From: Candidatus Woesearchaeota archaeon | GTDB lineage: Archaea > Nanobdellota > Nanobdellia > Woesearchaeales > UBA9642 | Length of the DNA: 64,000 nucleotides | Direction of reading: 5' to 3' | NCBI GenBank assembly: GCA_003599145.1 | Contig: QZIT01000005.1 | Span: 512,330 to 576,329, forward strand | Shown: positions 10,974 to 20,660 of the stretch, piece after piece | How the letters are laid out: the number at the start of each line of letters is the position of its first letter | Position numbering within the stretch: position 1 is the first letter of the stretch | Position numbers and translations under genes: made by a program | The notes under the pieces: model-generated | What the model was told of the DNA's origin: nothing | Database searches by the model: none | Seen by the model: only the letters and a program-made list of their open reading frames with translations

Positions 10974-11132
10974 AATACTAGAAATATACTAAGTTATTTA
11001 TTAAATTTTCTGTTTTTTTCTTAAATTTAGCTTTTTTTCTCTTAATATGTAATTTTAAAGTTCTTTATTTTAAAATATCCATAAATATAGCTAAAATTCT
11101 TGAAAAAACAAAATAAAACAATCAAAAGTTTA

Positions 11133-11164
11133 ATATAGTAATAATCACAACTATATAGTAATAA
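11133..11164 (+). repeat. 12-bp direct repeat ATATAGTAATAA x2, 20-bp period, in a divergent promoter
   Basis: Copies at 11133-11144 and 11153-11164, just upstream of the AGAGGTGAT SD of the 11185 gene. Confidence 0.6.
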
Positions 11165-11184
11165 CAAAGAAGAGGTGATATCAA

Positions 11185-11472
11185 ATGAGCAAAACTCCAA
11201 TAAGCAAAACTCTCGAAGTAATGGTTTATAGTGGTGCGTCAGGCTTCTACGGAGCAGTGGCTGTAGGCGAGCTATTAAGCCACTATTTCCAAAAAGCAAC
11301 AAGTGTTTATGCAGAATTAGCAAAAGAACCCATAATTACAGAAAAAGTGTACCAAACAGCAATGGAAGCATCAAAAGTTGCTGCCGGAGACTACTATTTT
11401 GCTATTGCCACGGGAGCAGTGGCAGGACTATTTGCAGGATTAGCACTCTTGCGTGCACATTACAAAGACTAA
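11185..11472 (+). CDS. Small hypothetical membrane protein
   Basis: Strong SD (GAGGTGA); two Gly/Ala-rich hydrophobic segments. Confidence 0.7.
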   Translation: MSKTPISKTLEVMVYSGASGFYGAVAVGELLSHYFQKATSVYAELAKEPIITEKVYQTAMEASKVAAGDYYFAIATGAVAGLFAGLALLRAHYKD

Positions 11473-11501
11473 AAATAAATTTCAAAAAAGGGGGGAGAAA
11501 A

Positions 11502-12539
11502 ATGAGATACTCGAACAATCAAAAAGGCAAAGAAGCATATTTAGGATGGAAGGGAGCGGTTAGTTTCAACCACACGCCAAACAGCGTAATAACGTGTGGT
11601 GAAACACAAGAAGTTATCAATGAAGACAGAGAAGCAATTCATGCCAAGAGGCGCAAGCTGGAAGAAGGCGTAAGAAATGGAATCATTACGCATCAAGATC
11701 TAGAAGAGTTCATTGAGAAGAATAGCGGCTCGCTGGAAGCAGGCCTTGCCAGTACGGTGAGATACACTACTGCAACAGATTTTAAAGACATGGCCAGAGC
11801 AACAGAAATTGCGCTAGACCAGTATCATGGATTTCTTGGCTGTATAGGCGAGATCAGCGGCTTATCAGAAAGGCAAGGCTGGTACGCACAACTAGACTAT
11901 GCTGAGAACGCGCAAGGAAATTCATTGCGATATGCCGTAGTGAAAGAGGCTGTTGATTTTTCTGAGTCTGCAGGGTATGAAATGACAGCAGATATTGCGC
12001 ATGGTTTTAAAGATTATGCGGGGTCTGACATGAAAGCAACGTATGCAGTAGCATTTAAAGGAAAAGCTGGGCATGGCATGCAAGCAGAATACGCTGCAAA
12101 TTTTGGTGATCGTGCAGGACAAAACATGACGGTAAAAGTCGCCCAAGGATTTTCAGACATGGCAGGAAAAGAAATGATAGCAGAATACGCAACGCATTTT
12201 TTTGACCACGCAGGATTGGCAATGATTGCGGATACTGCAAACCGATTTCAAGACGATGCAGGAGCGCGCATGATTGCCAGAGTCGCAACTTCCTTCAGAG
12301 CGTATGCAGGACAGTACATGCAAGCATTTTCCTGTCAGGATTTTTATGAGCCTGCAGGACAGGGAAGAACATTGCCTACCGTAAAAAGCTTAAGACGAGA
12401 AGATTACTGGCTTGAACGTCTTAGAGAGGAAATCTTAAGACGAGAATACGAACGTTTAGAAGCGCCGGAAACACCATCTTCCATTAGCCAGCCTGAAAGT
12501 TCACAACGCCAACCAAAAAAATGGTGGCAGATTTTTTAA
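11502..12539 (+). CDS. Hypothetical protein with 16-aa repeats (predicted beta-helix solenoid)
   Basis: Eight full F-x3-AG-x2-M-x-[A/V]-x2-A repeats plus a partial ninth; purine-rich SD. Confidence 0.78.
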   Translation: MRYSNNQKGKEAYLGWKGAVSFNHTPNSVITCGETQEVINEDREAIHAKRRKLEEGVRNGIITHQDLEEFIEKNSGSLEAGLASTVRYTTATDFKDMARATEIALDQYHGFLGCIGEISGLSERQGWYAQLDYAENAQGNSLRYAVVKEAVDFSESAGYEMTADIAHGFKDYAGSDMKATYAVAFKGKAGHGMQAEYAANFGDRAGQNMTVKVAQGFSDMAGKEMIAEYATHFFDHAGLAMIADTANRFQDDAGARMIARVATSFRAYAGQYMQAFSCQDFYEPAGQGRTLPTVKSLRREDYWLERLREEILRREYERLEAPETPSSISQPESSQRQPKKWWQIF

Positions 12540-12596
12540 TTTTTTCCTTTTCTTTGGAAAACAAAACTATATAAAATAAGAAATATTCACAAAGGC

Positions 12597-12941
12597 ATGA
12601 TCATCCAGGACCTAACCATTATACAGATATTCATCATTGCCTTTGCAGTCTTTGCCTTAAGCAGGGTTTTCATTATGTATAAAGGCAAAAGAATAACCAT
12701 TTATGAACTGTTATTGTGGTGTGTTGTCTGGATTGCACTGATTGTTTTGTCAGTGATACCTGTTATCAGCGGTTTTCTTTCTAAATTAGTGGGCGTTGAG
12801 CGAGGAACAGATTTGATTGTCTATTTAAGCATCATTGCCCTATTCTATCTTGTTTACCGAATACACATGAAAGCAGAAAAGCTCGATGCTCAGATAACCA
12901 AACTCGTAAGACAAATAGCTATTGATAAAAAAAAGAAATAG
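12597..12941 (+). CDS. DUF2304-type small membrane protein
   Basis: Three TM helices, GVERGTD and C-terminal ITKLVRQIAI. Confidence 0.82.
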   Translation: MIIQDLTIIQIFIIAFAVFALSRVFIMYKGKRITIYELLLWCVVWIALIVLSVIPVISGFLSKLVGVERGTDLIVYLSIIALFYLVYRIHMKAEKLDAQITKLVRQIAIDKKKK

Positions 12942-12992
12942 GACATTCTTAAAAATCAAAAACTTTAAAAAAAAACAGTTCTGTACAGTAAA

Positions 12993-14201
12993 GTGATACC
13001 TAAACTTGAACAATACGCTACTTATGTCGGAAAGGCGCAGATAAGAAAGCTCAAAGAAGAAGCAAAGCCGCTCAAAGGCAGGCATATTTCTCACATCAAC
13101 TCTGTAGCCACAGGAGGAGGTGTAGCAGAGATTCTTAACTCTCTCGTGCTGTTGATGAATACTGCAGGCATAAAAACAGGATGGAGACTGTTCAAAGCGT
13201 CAGAATCATTTTTTCAGGTAACCAAAAAGTTTCACAATGCGCTTCAGGGAGAAAAAATAAACTTTTCTGCAAGGAAAAAAAGAATTTATCTCGAAGAAAT
13301 TGAAAAAAACAGCATCATGAACCATTTTGATGATCACGATCTTATCGTCGTTCATGATCCCCAGCCTCTTGCAATGATCAAGCATCTGAAAAAAAAGCAG
13401 ACATGGCTCTGGCGGTGCCACATAGATATTAAGCACGCTTACCCTCCTGTTTGGAACTTTATTTCCCGATATATAAGACAGTATGACGGCATGCTTATAT
13501 CCATGGAAAAATACAAGCACAGCAATATCAGCATACCCAACTTCATCGTGCAGCCATCTATTGACCCTTTATCGTTTAAGAATAGAGACTTATCACAGAA
13601 AGAGATTTCAAGACTGCTTTGGAAGCAAAACATCGACAGTGATAAGCCCATAGTGTGCATGATTAGCAGGTTTGACAAGTGGAAAAACCATGATGGAGTT
13701 CTCAAAACGTATGCAAAAGTCAGAAAAAAGGCAAAATGCCAGCTGGTGTTGATGGGCAGCAGCGCAAGTGACGACCCTGAATCCCTGCAAATCTTTGCAG
13801 ACGTCAATCACAAAGTGAAAAAAATGAAAGATGTAACCTTAATAACGCATCATGATGATTTTTTAGTAAACGCCCTGCAGAGAGAAGCAAAGCTGGTTTA
13901 TCAAATGTCCTTGCGCGAAGGCTTTGGGTTAACCGTATCAGAAGCGCTGTGGAAAAAGACGCCTGTTATTGCAACGAACAGAGGAGGAATCCCTCTGCAG
14001 GTTATTGACGGAAAGACAGGCTTCATAGTGCACAGCCCTGGTCAGGCAGCGGATGCAACCTTGAAGCTTCTCAAAAATCCAAAACTACAAGAAGACATGG
14101 GAGCTGCAGGCAGGGAACATGTCAAAAATAATTTCTTGATAACGAGACACTTACATGATTATTTAAGGATCTTTAACCAGTATCTTCCTGCTGAAAAATA
14201 G
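12993..14201 (+). CDS. treT: GT4 glycosyltransferase, trehalose synthase TreT-like
   Basis: GGGVAEIL, TKKFHNALQG, VHDPQP, WRCHID, SRFDKWK and EGFGLTVSEALWK. Confidence 0.82.
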   Translation: MIPKLEQYATYVGKAQIRKLKEEAKPLKGRHISHINSVATGGGVAEILNSLVLLMNTAGIKTGWRLFKASESFFQVTKKFHNALQGEKINFSARKKRIYLEEIEKNSIMNHFDDHDLIVVHDPQPLAMIKHLKKKQTWLWRCHIDIKHAYPPVWNFISRYIRQYDGMLISMEKYKHSNISIPNFIVQPSIDPLSFKNRDLSQKEISRLLWKQNIDSDKPIVCMISRFDKWKNHDGVLKTYAKVRKKAKCQLVLMGSSASDDPESLQIFADVNHKVKKMKDVTLITHHDDFLVNALQREAKLVYQMSLREGFGLTVSEALWKKTPVIATNRGGIPLQVIDGKTGFIVHSPGQAADATLKLLKNPKLQEDMGAAGREHVKNNFLITRHLHDYLRIFNQYLPAEK

Positions 14202-14235
14202 CAATTTTTATAATAGGCGTTAGTATTCTGCCCTC

Positions 14236-15327
14236 ATGTTTCACCTAAGCCCTATTGTCGTATTCCCCCACAGCAATTTGTTATTGCATGATGCTGGATT
14301 AGAGGAAATGATAAAAAGAGGAAAAATAAAGATAGTTCCTAAACCAGGCGATGTTCAGCGGCAGCCTGCTTCTCTTGATATACGCATAGGCATGACCCGA
14401 GTCTATGATGCAGAAGCTCAAGCGCAAACAGCAAGGCATTGGAATAAACATCATTTGGCAAAGCCCTCTGTTCATTTTGCAAAAATATTTCCTGACGAAA
14501 AAGACATTCCTATAGATATACCTCCCAAAAGCTTTACAGAGCTATTTTTTCATGAGCAACCTTATTTTGAAAGCAGTCGTTTTGATTTGGGTGTTGATTT
14601 ACGGAGCAGCAGAGGAAGATTAGGATTAAGTCTTGCCTCTCAAGAAACAGAAAAAGGAAACCGCCAGTATGTTTCTTTCTGGAACATGAATCCAAACACC
14701 ATTAGACTCTATGGACAGGATCCATTTACACAATTATTTTTCTATCCCAAAAGAGGATATGCCAATGGTCATATTGTTCAGGACCCCGATGAAGCAAAAG
14801 AGCTTGTTCAAGGAATAGCAGATGCTCAGATGTATGGCGCCTATATTATGTTTTTTGTCGGCGATCATGTAAGAAAATTCAGAGAAGATATTGGAATAAT
14901 CGATACCAGAGAAAAATATGCTGATGAAGTTTTATATAGGCAATTTTCAGCAGAAGAAGGCTGTCCTGTATTTGCCGAAGACGCGGTGATCATGCAATTG
15001 CATCCAAGAGTAAAGCTTCCTCCCAATCTAGGAATAAGAATACTACATTGCCTACCCTATGCACAGATTTCTGGATTGACAAAGCCTTCTCCTGAATATT
15101 TTTTTCTAGAATCCCACGTGGCAAATGCGGGATGGGTTGATCCTGGCTATGAAGGATTTGTTACTGCACACCCTATACGGAGAAAGTTTCCTGCAGTGTA
15201 CACCAAGGGAGATTTTATTGCACTGGGTGCATTATATCACTATGACACTCCTGTCAAAAGGCCTTATGGAAGTTCTACATTAAATAGTCATTATCAAAAA
15301 TCAGACGGTGTTGGAGCGAGAAGCTAA
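14236..15327 (+). CDS. Tandem-domain dCTP deaminase/dUTPase-fold protein
   Basis: QPASLDIRIG and RSSRGRLG in the N-half; AGWVDPGYEG and RPY..HYQ in the C-half. Confidence 0.78.
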   Translation: MFHLSPIVVFPHSNLLLHDAGLEEMIKRGKIKIVPKPGDVQRQPASLDIRIGMTRVYDAEAQAQTARHWNKHHLAKPSVHFAKIFPDEKDIPIDIPPKSFTELFFHEQPYFESSRFDLGVDLRSSRGRLGLSLASQETEKGNRQYVSFWNMNPNTIRLYGQDPFTQLFFYPKRGYANGHIVQDPDEAKELVQGIADAQMYGAYIMFFVGDHVRKFREDIGIIDTREKYADEVLYRQFSAEEGCPVFAEDAVIMQLHPRVKLPPNLGIRILHCLPYAQISGLTKPSPEYFFLESHVANAGWVDPGYEGFVTAHPIRRKFPAVYTKGDFIALGALYHYDTPVKRPYGSSTLNSHYQKSDGVGARS

Positions 15328-16040
15328 TTTTTATCTATCATGTTCTTATAAAAAACAGAAAAAGCCTTTACAGCATCTTTTGAATTTATTTCCAAAAATA
15401 AATGCTGAGACTGCCATAGATCCAAGATGACACTTTGAGAGGTTACGATAATATTGATGCCTTCAGCATCGTCCAGAAAAGTTGCCTTCTTACAGATTTT
15501 TGCAAATTGACGTAATTCTGCAGTATTTGCAAGGATGAAGTGATGTTTTTTCTTCATGACTCCCTTCAGAAAATGTTCAAACCTGTAGCTCAAGCAGGTT
15601 TTTACGTTTAAATTGATAAAATAAATATAAAAAAATTTTGAGTTCGCCAACGCTCTAATAAAAAGTTCCTTGAGCGCTTCTTTACTCGTAAAAAAGTTGA
15701 TGTTTGGAAATCCTGGTTTTGTGGGATTATCATAGAGACTGTTAAAGTATCTTGAAAGTTGCTGCAAGTCATAAATCTTTGAAGGAAAAACAGTCTTTGG
15801 GTCTATGGCAACAAATTTTTGAGTAACTCCCTTGGTAGGCATGGGAGGAACTTTCATCACATAACCTTTTTTTCTTAGCCGAGTAATCACTTCATAGGTT
15901 TTGGATCTAGCAACTTTTGACAATCTGCTTAACTCAACTGCGCTTTGAGGTCCATACGTTATGAGAATCATATATGCCGTTATTTCCCACTCGGATAATC
16001 CAAAATTCCGCAGGATTGCCTCTGCATGCTCCCTTTCCAT
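15324..16040 (-). CDS. TrmB-family transcriptional regulator
   Basis: FGLSEWEITAY..LSRLSKVARSKTYEVITRLRKKGYV. Confidence 0.87.
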   Translation of the reverse strand: MEREHAEAILRNFGLSEWEITAYMILITYGPQSAVELSRLSKVARSKTYEVITRLRKKGYVMKVPPMPTKGVTQKFVAIDPKTVFPSKIYDLQQLSRYFNSLYDNPTKPGFPNINFFTSKEALKELFIRALANSKFFYIYFINLNVKTCLSYRFEHFLKGVMKKKHHFILANTAELRQFAKICKKATFLDDAEGINIIVTSQSVILDLWQSQHLFLEINSKDAVKAFSVFYKNMIDKN

Positions 16041-16069
16041 AAACCCCGAAATGCAGGAAAGTATATAAG

Positions 16070-16088
16070 TGTTACTATTACGGTGACA
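16070..16088. promoter_or_regulatory. Imperfect palindrome (putative TrmB operator) between divergent genes
   Basis: TGTTAC-N7-GTGACA next to a TATATAAG box. Confidence 0.4.
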
Positions 16089-16124
16089 ACTTACCTATAC
16101 ATAGCGCTGGACACATCCAAGAGT

Positions 16125-16997
16125 ATGACCTGGAAAACCATTGCAAGGCCTGGATACTTTGGAAAAACACGCGACGAAAAACTCAAGATGTACGATGAGG
16201 AATTTGGATTAGGAAACTGGAGAATTGCATGGATGTGGAACGAAGCAAGCATAGACTATCACGTTGCCTGCACGCTTTATGAAGATGCCTATTATGCGGA
16301 TTCATTTCAAAGGCAAGCAATATGGATGGAACTCACTCATCAAGCAAAAGATGTTTTTGATATTCATGAGTCCGACATACAATCAACGTTAGATTACACA
16401 ATACAAACAGGAACTGCAACCCATCTTCAAGACATAGCGATACGAAGAGTTGTTCTCAGAAGAGGATGGACATTTTCAGGAAGAGAGTATGTTCAAATAA
16501 GAGGACATAAAACCTATTGGGGGTTGCAGTTAAGTCCTGGAAAAATCCCATTTCAAGTATCGCGAAACATACAAAAACCAAACCTGCAAGGCTGGTGGGA
16601 TGAAAACAGCGTTGAAGATTTTTACCAGAGCAATAAAGTATTGCAAGTAAGGGACTGGGATGATTTTCATCATGCAGCATACGAACTGACTGGCTATAGA
16701 CGACAACAGACTGATGCTGAAAAAAGAGCAAACGCACTTGAATCTGCCTTGGAAAAACAAATCAATCAGCTCTGTAAAAAAATGATTCCTGCCATCAACA
16801 AGAAATTAAAAGGAAAAGCTCCTCAAATCATTAGCTATCGCGTGCGTTTTCCCTTTATAGGAATTGAGCTTGATTGCTATGACGAAGATTTGATGGAGGA
16901 AGGAAGGATTATTCAAGAAATTGCACAAGCTGAACTAGATAGCCATGGCTTAAACATGATGAAAGTCTCTATTCCTGCAAAGTATTATGCAAAGTGA
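16125..16997 (+). CDS. Hypothetical Trp/Tyr/Asp-rich protein, possibly two domains
   Basis: Long ORF divergent from TrmB; start ATG 16125 (MTWKTIARPGYFG). Confidence 0.75.
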   Translation: MTWKTIARPGYFGKTRDEKLKMYDEEFGLGNWRIAWMWNEASIDYHVACTLYEDAYYADSFQRQAIWMELTHQAKDVFDIHESDIQSTLDYTIQTGTATHLQDIAIRRVVLRRGWTFSGREYVQIRGHKTYWGLQLSPGKIPFQVSRNIQKPNLQGWWDENSVEDFYQSNKVLQVRDWDDFHHAAYELTGYRRQQTDAEKRANALESALEKQINQLCKKMIPAINKKLKGKAPQIISYRVRFPFIGIELDCYDEDLMEEGRIIQEIAQAELDSHGLNMMKVSIPAKYYAK

Positions 16998-17007
16998 ACG
17001 AACCAAA

Positions 17008-17562
17008 TCACTCTTTCTGGTTCAACCAAATAGCTAAATTTCGATGTCCTGTGGAATATCTCGTGACGGTTATCGGATAATCAATTTCTTTACCATCTTC
17101 TCCAAAAATGTGCACACCCGAGTTAGAATCAATAGAGCTTATTACTCTTTCTTCTAATAGTTCTTCTTTGCTTGCCTTCACGAGTCTTTGAAATAAATTC
17201 TGTGCGAACTTCTCATCGAGAAATATTGACTCCTCGTTCATATCAGTCCAATCAATCATGTTTATGTGAGAATTCTTGTACAAGTCAGGGTTCATTAAGT
17301 ACTTTCCTCTTCCATCAGGAGAAAGATATACAGAAACATCATCCATGACACCATCTTCGTTTTTGTCATAGAATCTGTATTCATCTAAACAAAATTGTAC
17401 TCGAGCTCCTGGTTTCTGCTCCCACTCGTAACGTTCAAGTATTGTTGCTGTTGGTTTCACAGAATAATCAATAGGAACAAGCCCTGCATTCACATATTGC
17501 GCAAAGCTGAGAGTTGCGATGGCGCAGATAACTGCATTTTTGATGCTTTTTAATTGTATCAT
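17008..17562 (-). CDS. Hypothetical secreted protein
   Basis: GGTGAT SD before ATG 17562; signal-peptide-like N-terminus (..AQYVNA); acidic mature part. Confidence 0.72.
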   Translation of the reverse strand: MIQLKSIKNAVICAIATLSFAQYVNAGLVPIDYSVKPTATILERYEWEQKPGARVQFCLDEYRFYDKNEDGVMDDVSVYLSPDGRGKYLMNPDLYKNSHINMIDWTDMNEESIFLDEKFAQNLFQRLVKASKEELLEERVISSIDSNSGVHIFGEDGKEIDYPITVTRYSTGHRNLAIWLNQKE

Positions 17563-17667
17563 TTTTATCACCAAATAGTAAATAGTAGTTTAATATTATA
17601 AACTTTTGGAGTTAAATTTTGTCTTTTTCATCAATAAATTTAAATATATTGACATTATTGTAATATT

Positions 17668-18642
17668 ATGCCTCTTGACTTACTTGACAGAAAGCTTTTG
17701 TATGAACTTGACTCAAATAGCAGAAAGCCAATCAACCAAATTGCCAAGAAACTGAGGATAAATCGGACAGTCGCAGCATATAGGATAGATAGACTAAAAA
17801 AAGAAGGAATCATCAAGGGAACGTACACGCAAATCAATAATTTCTCACTCAAATATTACAGCTTCAGGATGTTCATCAAACTTGGCAATTTTACAGAAGA
17901 TAAGGAAAGCTCGCTCATCAACAACCTCGTAAAAGAAAAAAAATTGTTATGGCTTGCACGAGTGTTAGGAAAGTGGGACATTGATCTTATCTACATGACA
18001 AAAAGCATTTTTGAATTTGATACTTTTCAAAAGAATTTGTTGCTCAAATATAACGACATCATTGAAGAATATCAAACTGCACTCTTAACAAAAATAAATG
18101 ATTATCCGAAAGATTATTTGATTAACAAAGAACGCACACCTTTGAGCTTGAAGAAATCAATTAAGGAATCTTCATTTGAGCCAGACGGACTACATGAAAA
18201 GATTCTATTCTATCTCTCAGAAAATGCAAGCATGAATATCATTCATCTTGGGCAGAAAGTCGGAGCAAGCACAAATACTGTTAAGAAAAAGATGAAGGAA
18301 TTAATTCGTAACAAGATAATACTAGCATTTCGCCTTTTTATAGACACCAATAAGCTAGGTTATCAGTATTACAAACTCCACCTCACTTTGAGACATTATC
18401 GAGAAAAAGATTTGTATGAATTAACATCGTTTTTGGAATCAAAAAACTTCATGATAAGCACAGATCATTATCTTGGAGGGGAACATTTCGAGATAGAACT
18501 CCATATCGCAACAGAAAAGGAATATATAGACTTCATCTCTGAATTAATGAAAAGATATGGAAAGATAATCAAAGACCATTACGTAATAAAGTTTTACAAA
18601 GAACTGACCTATCGATATCTTCCTGTTATCGATACTGCTTAG
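17668..18642 (+). CDS. Tandem-domain Lrp/AsnC transcriptional regulator
   Basis: DLLDRKLL..YRIDRL, GKWDI, second HTH, LGYQYY; paralogous to 10020-10973. Confidence 0.88.
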   Translation: MPLDLLDRKLLYELDSNSRKPINQIAKKLRINRTVAAYRIDRLKKEGIIKGTYTQINNFSLKYYSFRMFIKLGNFTEDKESSLINNLVKEKKLLWLARVLGKWDIDLIYMTKSIFEFDTFQKNLLLKYNDIIEEYQTALLTKINDYPKDYLINKERTPLSLKKSIKESSFEPDGLHEKILFYLSENASMNIIHLGQKVGASTNTVKKKMKELIRNKIILAFRLFIDTNKLGYQYYKLHLTLRHYREKDLYELTSFLESKNFMISTDHYLGGEHFEIELHIATEKEYIDFISELMKRYGKIIKDHYVIKFYKELTYRYLPVIDTA

Positions 18643-19376
18643 TCATTCTCAACTCTAGGCGCTAGAATAAAGCTTAGTTGAACTCTGTCAACAACAAAAT
18701 AATCCAATCGCAGAGGATAATCCTTGCTGAAATGGATTCTTACCGTATCAGAAATTTTAGAACCCTGAATCATTTTTTTTAGATATTCAATCGAATACTT
18801 GCTTTTTACTTTTTCCTTTACTGCAATTTTGGTTTCTGTACTAGGAACAAGTTCAATGGTTGCCTTATTCAAATCTCCTGCAGCAGAAATAGTGAATTTT
18901 TTATCATCGCCTATAAAGCTGACGCTTTCTCCCACAACATCAACATCGTCAATAGCATCATTTAATGAAGATGAGGGCATAGTGATGTCAGCTTTAAACT
19001 GCAAATCAGGGACTTTCTGGTCTTTTTCTTCCAAATCAATAATGGGAAGGTAAAAGGTTCGTACAGAATTGCTTTTCAGAGTTATTTTAAACTGGCTGTC
19101 CTCAACTTCTAAACTTAGCGTATCATTTGCCTTTATTCTTCTTAAAACCTGCTTTAAATTGCTTAAGTTGATGGCAATCACTTCTGTTTCATCAACAGCA
19201 TACTCAGTAAAGGTGGTATTGAACAATTTGAAGATAATCATGGCCACATTAGCAGGATCCATGGCAACTAATTCAACATACTCTTTGGTTATGATAAATC
19301 TTGATTCTGTAACTAAGTCTGAAATGATGCTGACTGGTTCCTTAAAGAATTTTGTATCAACAAGCGAAAGTTTCAT
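18639..19376 (-). CDS. pcn: Proliferating cell nuclear antigen (sliding clamp)
   Basis: AMDPANVAMI, YSIEYLKKM, DYPL and FILAPR. Confidence 0.96.
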   Translation of the reverse strand: MKLSLVDTKFFKEPVSIISDLVTESRFIITKEYVELVAMDPANVAMIIFKLFNTTFTEYAVDETEVIAINLSNLKQVLRRIKANDTLSLEVEDSQFKITLKSNSVRTFYLPIIDLEEKDQKVPDLQFKADITMPSSSLNDAIDDVDVVGESVSFIGDDKKFTISAAGDLNKATIELVPSTETKIAVKEKVKSKYSIEYLKKMIQGSKISDTVRIHFSKDYPLRLDYFVVDRVQLSFILAPRVEND

Positions 19377-19408
19377 GTTACCCCCTTCAAGCATGAATGT
19401 TCAAAGAT

Positions 19409-20158
19409 TTATAAAAGTTTTGATTTAAACTTAGCAGGGGTTGCCTTATTCCAATACACATTGAAAATAAGCTTCATGGCTTCTGCAAAGTCTTTGTTTT
19501 TTATGATAAATCCAATCAAATCTGTTTTATGGGTAAACATCGATACTTTATCTCCATAAATGAAAATCATAACAGGAAAATCCTTCATGGCATCATGAAA
19601 TCTTAACTCGCTTACTTTTTGATACTCCTTAGTGTGCAGAATAGGCTCATCAGTGTAATCATACACCATTTTTGCAGGTATCTGTTTTTCTATCCTTACT
19701 TTTCTCACATAATTAGGAAGGTGTTTCAGCACTTTTAACGAATTCTGATAACCTCCAAAATAGTACACCTGCTGTTTTACTCTCACTAAATCTGAAAGAA
19801 TAGTATGAACGCCTTTAAATCCTTCATACATGACGATGCTTGAAGATGATTTTACTGATTTTGCCAAAGTATTGAGCTCAGGAAGAGCCTCTGCAATAAT
19901 CTGCTGTTTTTCAACAAGCTGGTCTCTCAGGGTTTCAGGCTCTGTTGTAGAATAATAGGTAACTTTTTCTTTGATGATGCTGGCAACCAATCCTTTATTC
20001 TTCAAGTATTCAAGAGTATGATAAACTGTCGAACGAGGATAGCTTAATCGCTTGGAAATATCGTGCAAAGTTACACTCCCTAAAGGAAGCAATTCCAAAT
20101 AGACTGCAATTTCTTTTTCGTTAAGGCCAAAGGCTTCAAGAGCATAGCGAATATCCAT
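19409..20158 (-). CDS. TrmB-family transcriptional regulator
   Basis: FGLNEKEIAVY..PRSTVYHTLEYLKNKGLV; YEGFKG; IYGDKV. Confidence 0.9.
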   Translation of the reverse strand: MDIRYALEAFGLNEKEIAVYLELLPLGSVTLHDISKRLSYPRSTVYHTLEYLKNKGLVASIIKEKVTYYSTTEPETLRDQLVEKQQIIAEALPELNTLAKSVKSSSSIVMYEGFKGVHTILSDLVRVKQQVYYFGGYQNSLKVLKHLPNYVRKVRIEKQIPAKMVYDYTDEPILHTKEYQKVSELRFHDAMKDFPVMIFIYGDKVSMFTHKTDLIGFIIKNKDFAEAMKLIFNVYWNKATPAKFKSKLL

Positions 20159-20188
20159 AGCGGAACAAAGTTATACATGTTTATAAAC

Positions 20189-20213
20189 TTTGCCGTTCAT
20201 TTTGGACAGCAAA
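20189..20213. promoter_or_regulatory. 25-bp imperfect palindrome (putative TrmB operator) between back-to-back TATA boxes
   Basis: TTTGCCGTTCA-TTT-TGGACAGCAAA, 9 of 11 arm positions complementary, flanked by TTTATAAA and TATATATA. Confidence 0.6.
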
Positions 20214-20264
20214 ACTATATATATTTTAACCACTATTAAATAATAACAAAAGAGGTGATACACA

Positions 20265-20660
20265 ATGAAAAACATAAAAAACAAGGTGAAAACAGGCATA
20301 GTATATGTATTATCCGCATTAGCAATAGGAGCATCTGCGTATCATGCAGGAAAAACAGTGCAAAAACAAGAAATAGCAGACAGACTTCATGAGGCATCAA
20401 GACAGGAATTGAATTGCGTAAGAAAAGAAGGACCTTATGCATTTATAGAAAGCTTTATCATATTGTCTGATCCTCAGTATGACACCCTTCCAAGATTGCC
20501 CTCAAGCCTTAAAGCATTAAACCTGCAGAACATCCCTACAGATATTGTTGAGACACTTGAAAGCGGAAAAAGCATTCCGGAAGGCGTTTATGCAACAAAG
20601 GAAGCTGGATACATTCAACAGGCGGCAAACTTAGAATTGCTTGCAAGAAACCTAGAATAA
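20265..20660 (+). CDS. Hypothetical membrane-anchored/secreted protein
   Basis: AGAGGTGAT SD; basic N-terminus followed by a hydrophobic helix. Confidence 0.72.
   Translation: MKNIKNKVKTGIVYVLSALAIGASAYHAGKTVQKQEIADRLHEASRQELNCVRKEGPYAFIESFIILSDPQYDTLPRLPSSLKALNLQNIPTDIVETLESGKSIPEGVYATKEAGYIQQAANLELLARNLE

Noticed and set aside
11958-12365. 48-nt periodicity as a CRISPR array or DGR-type repeat
   Set aside because: Conservation is at the amino-acid level within an open frame; there are no identical DNA repeats and no reverse transcriptase in the window.
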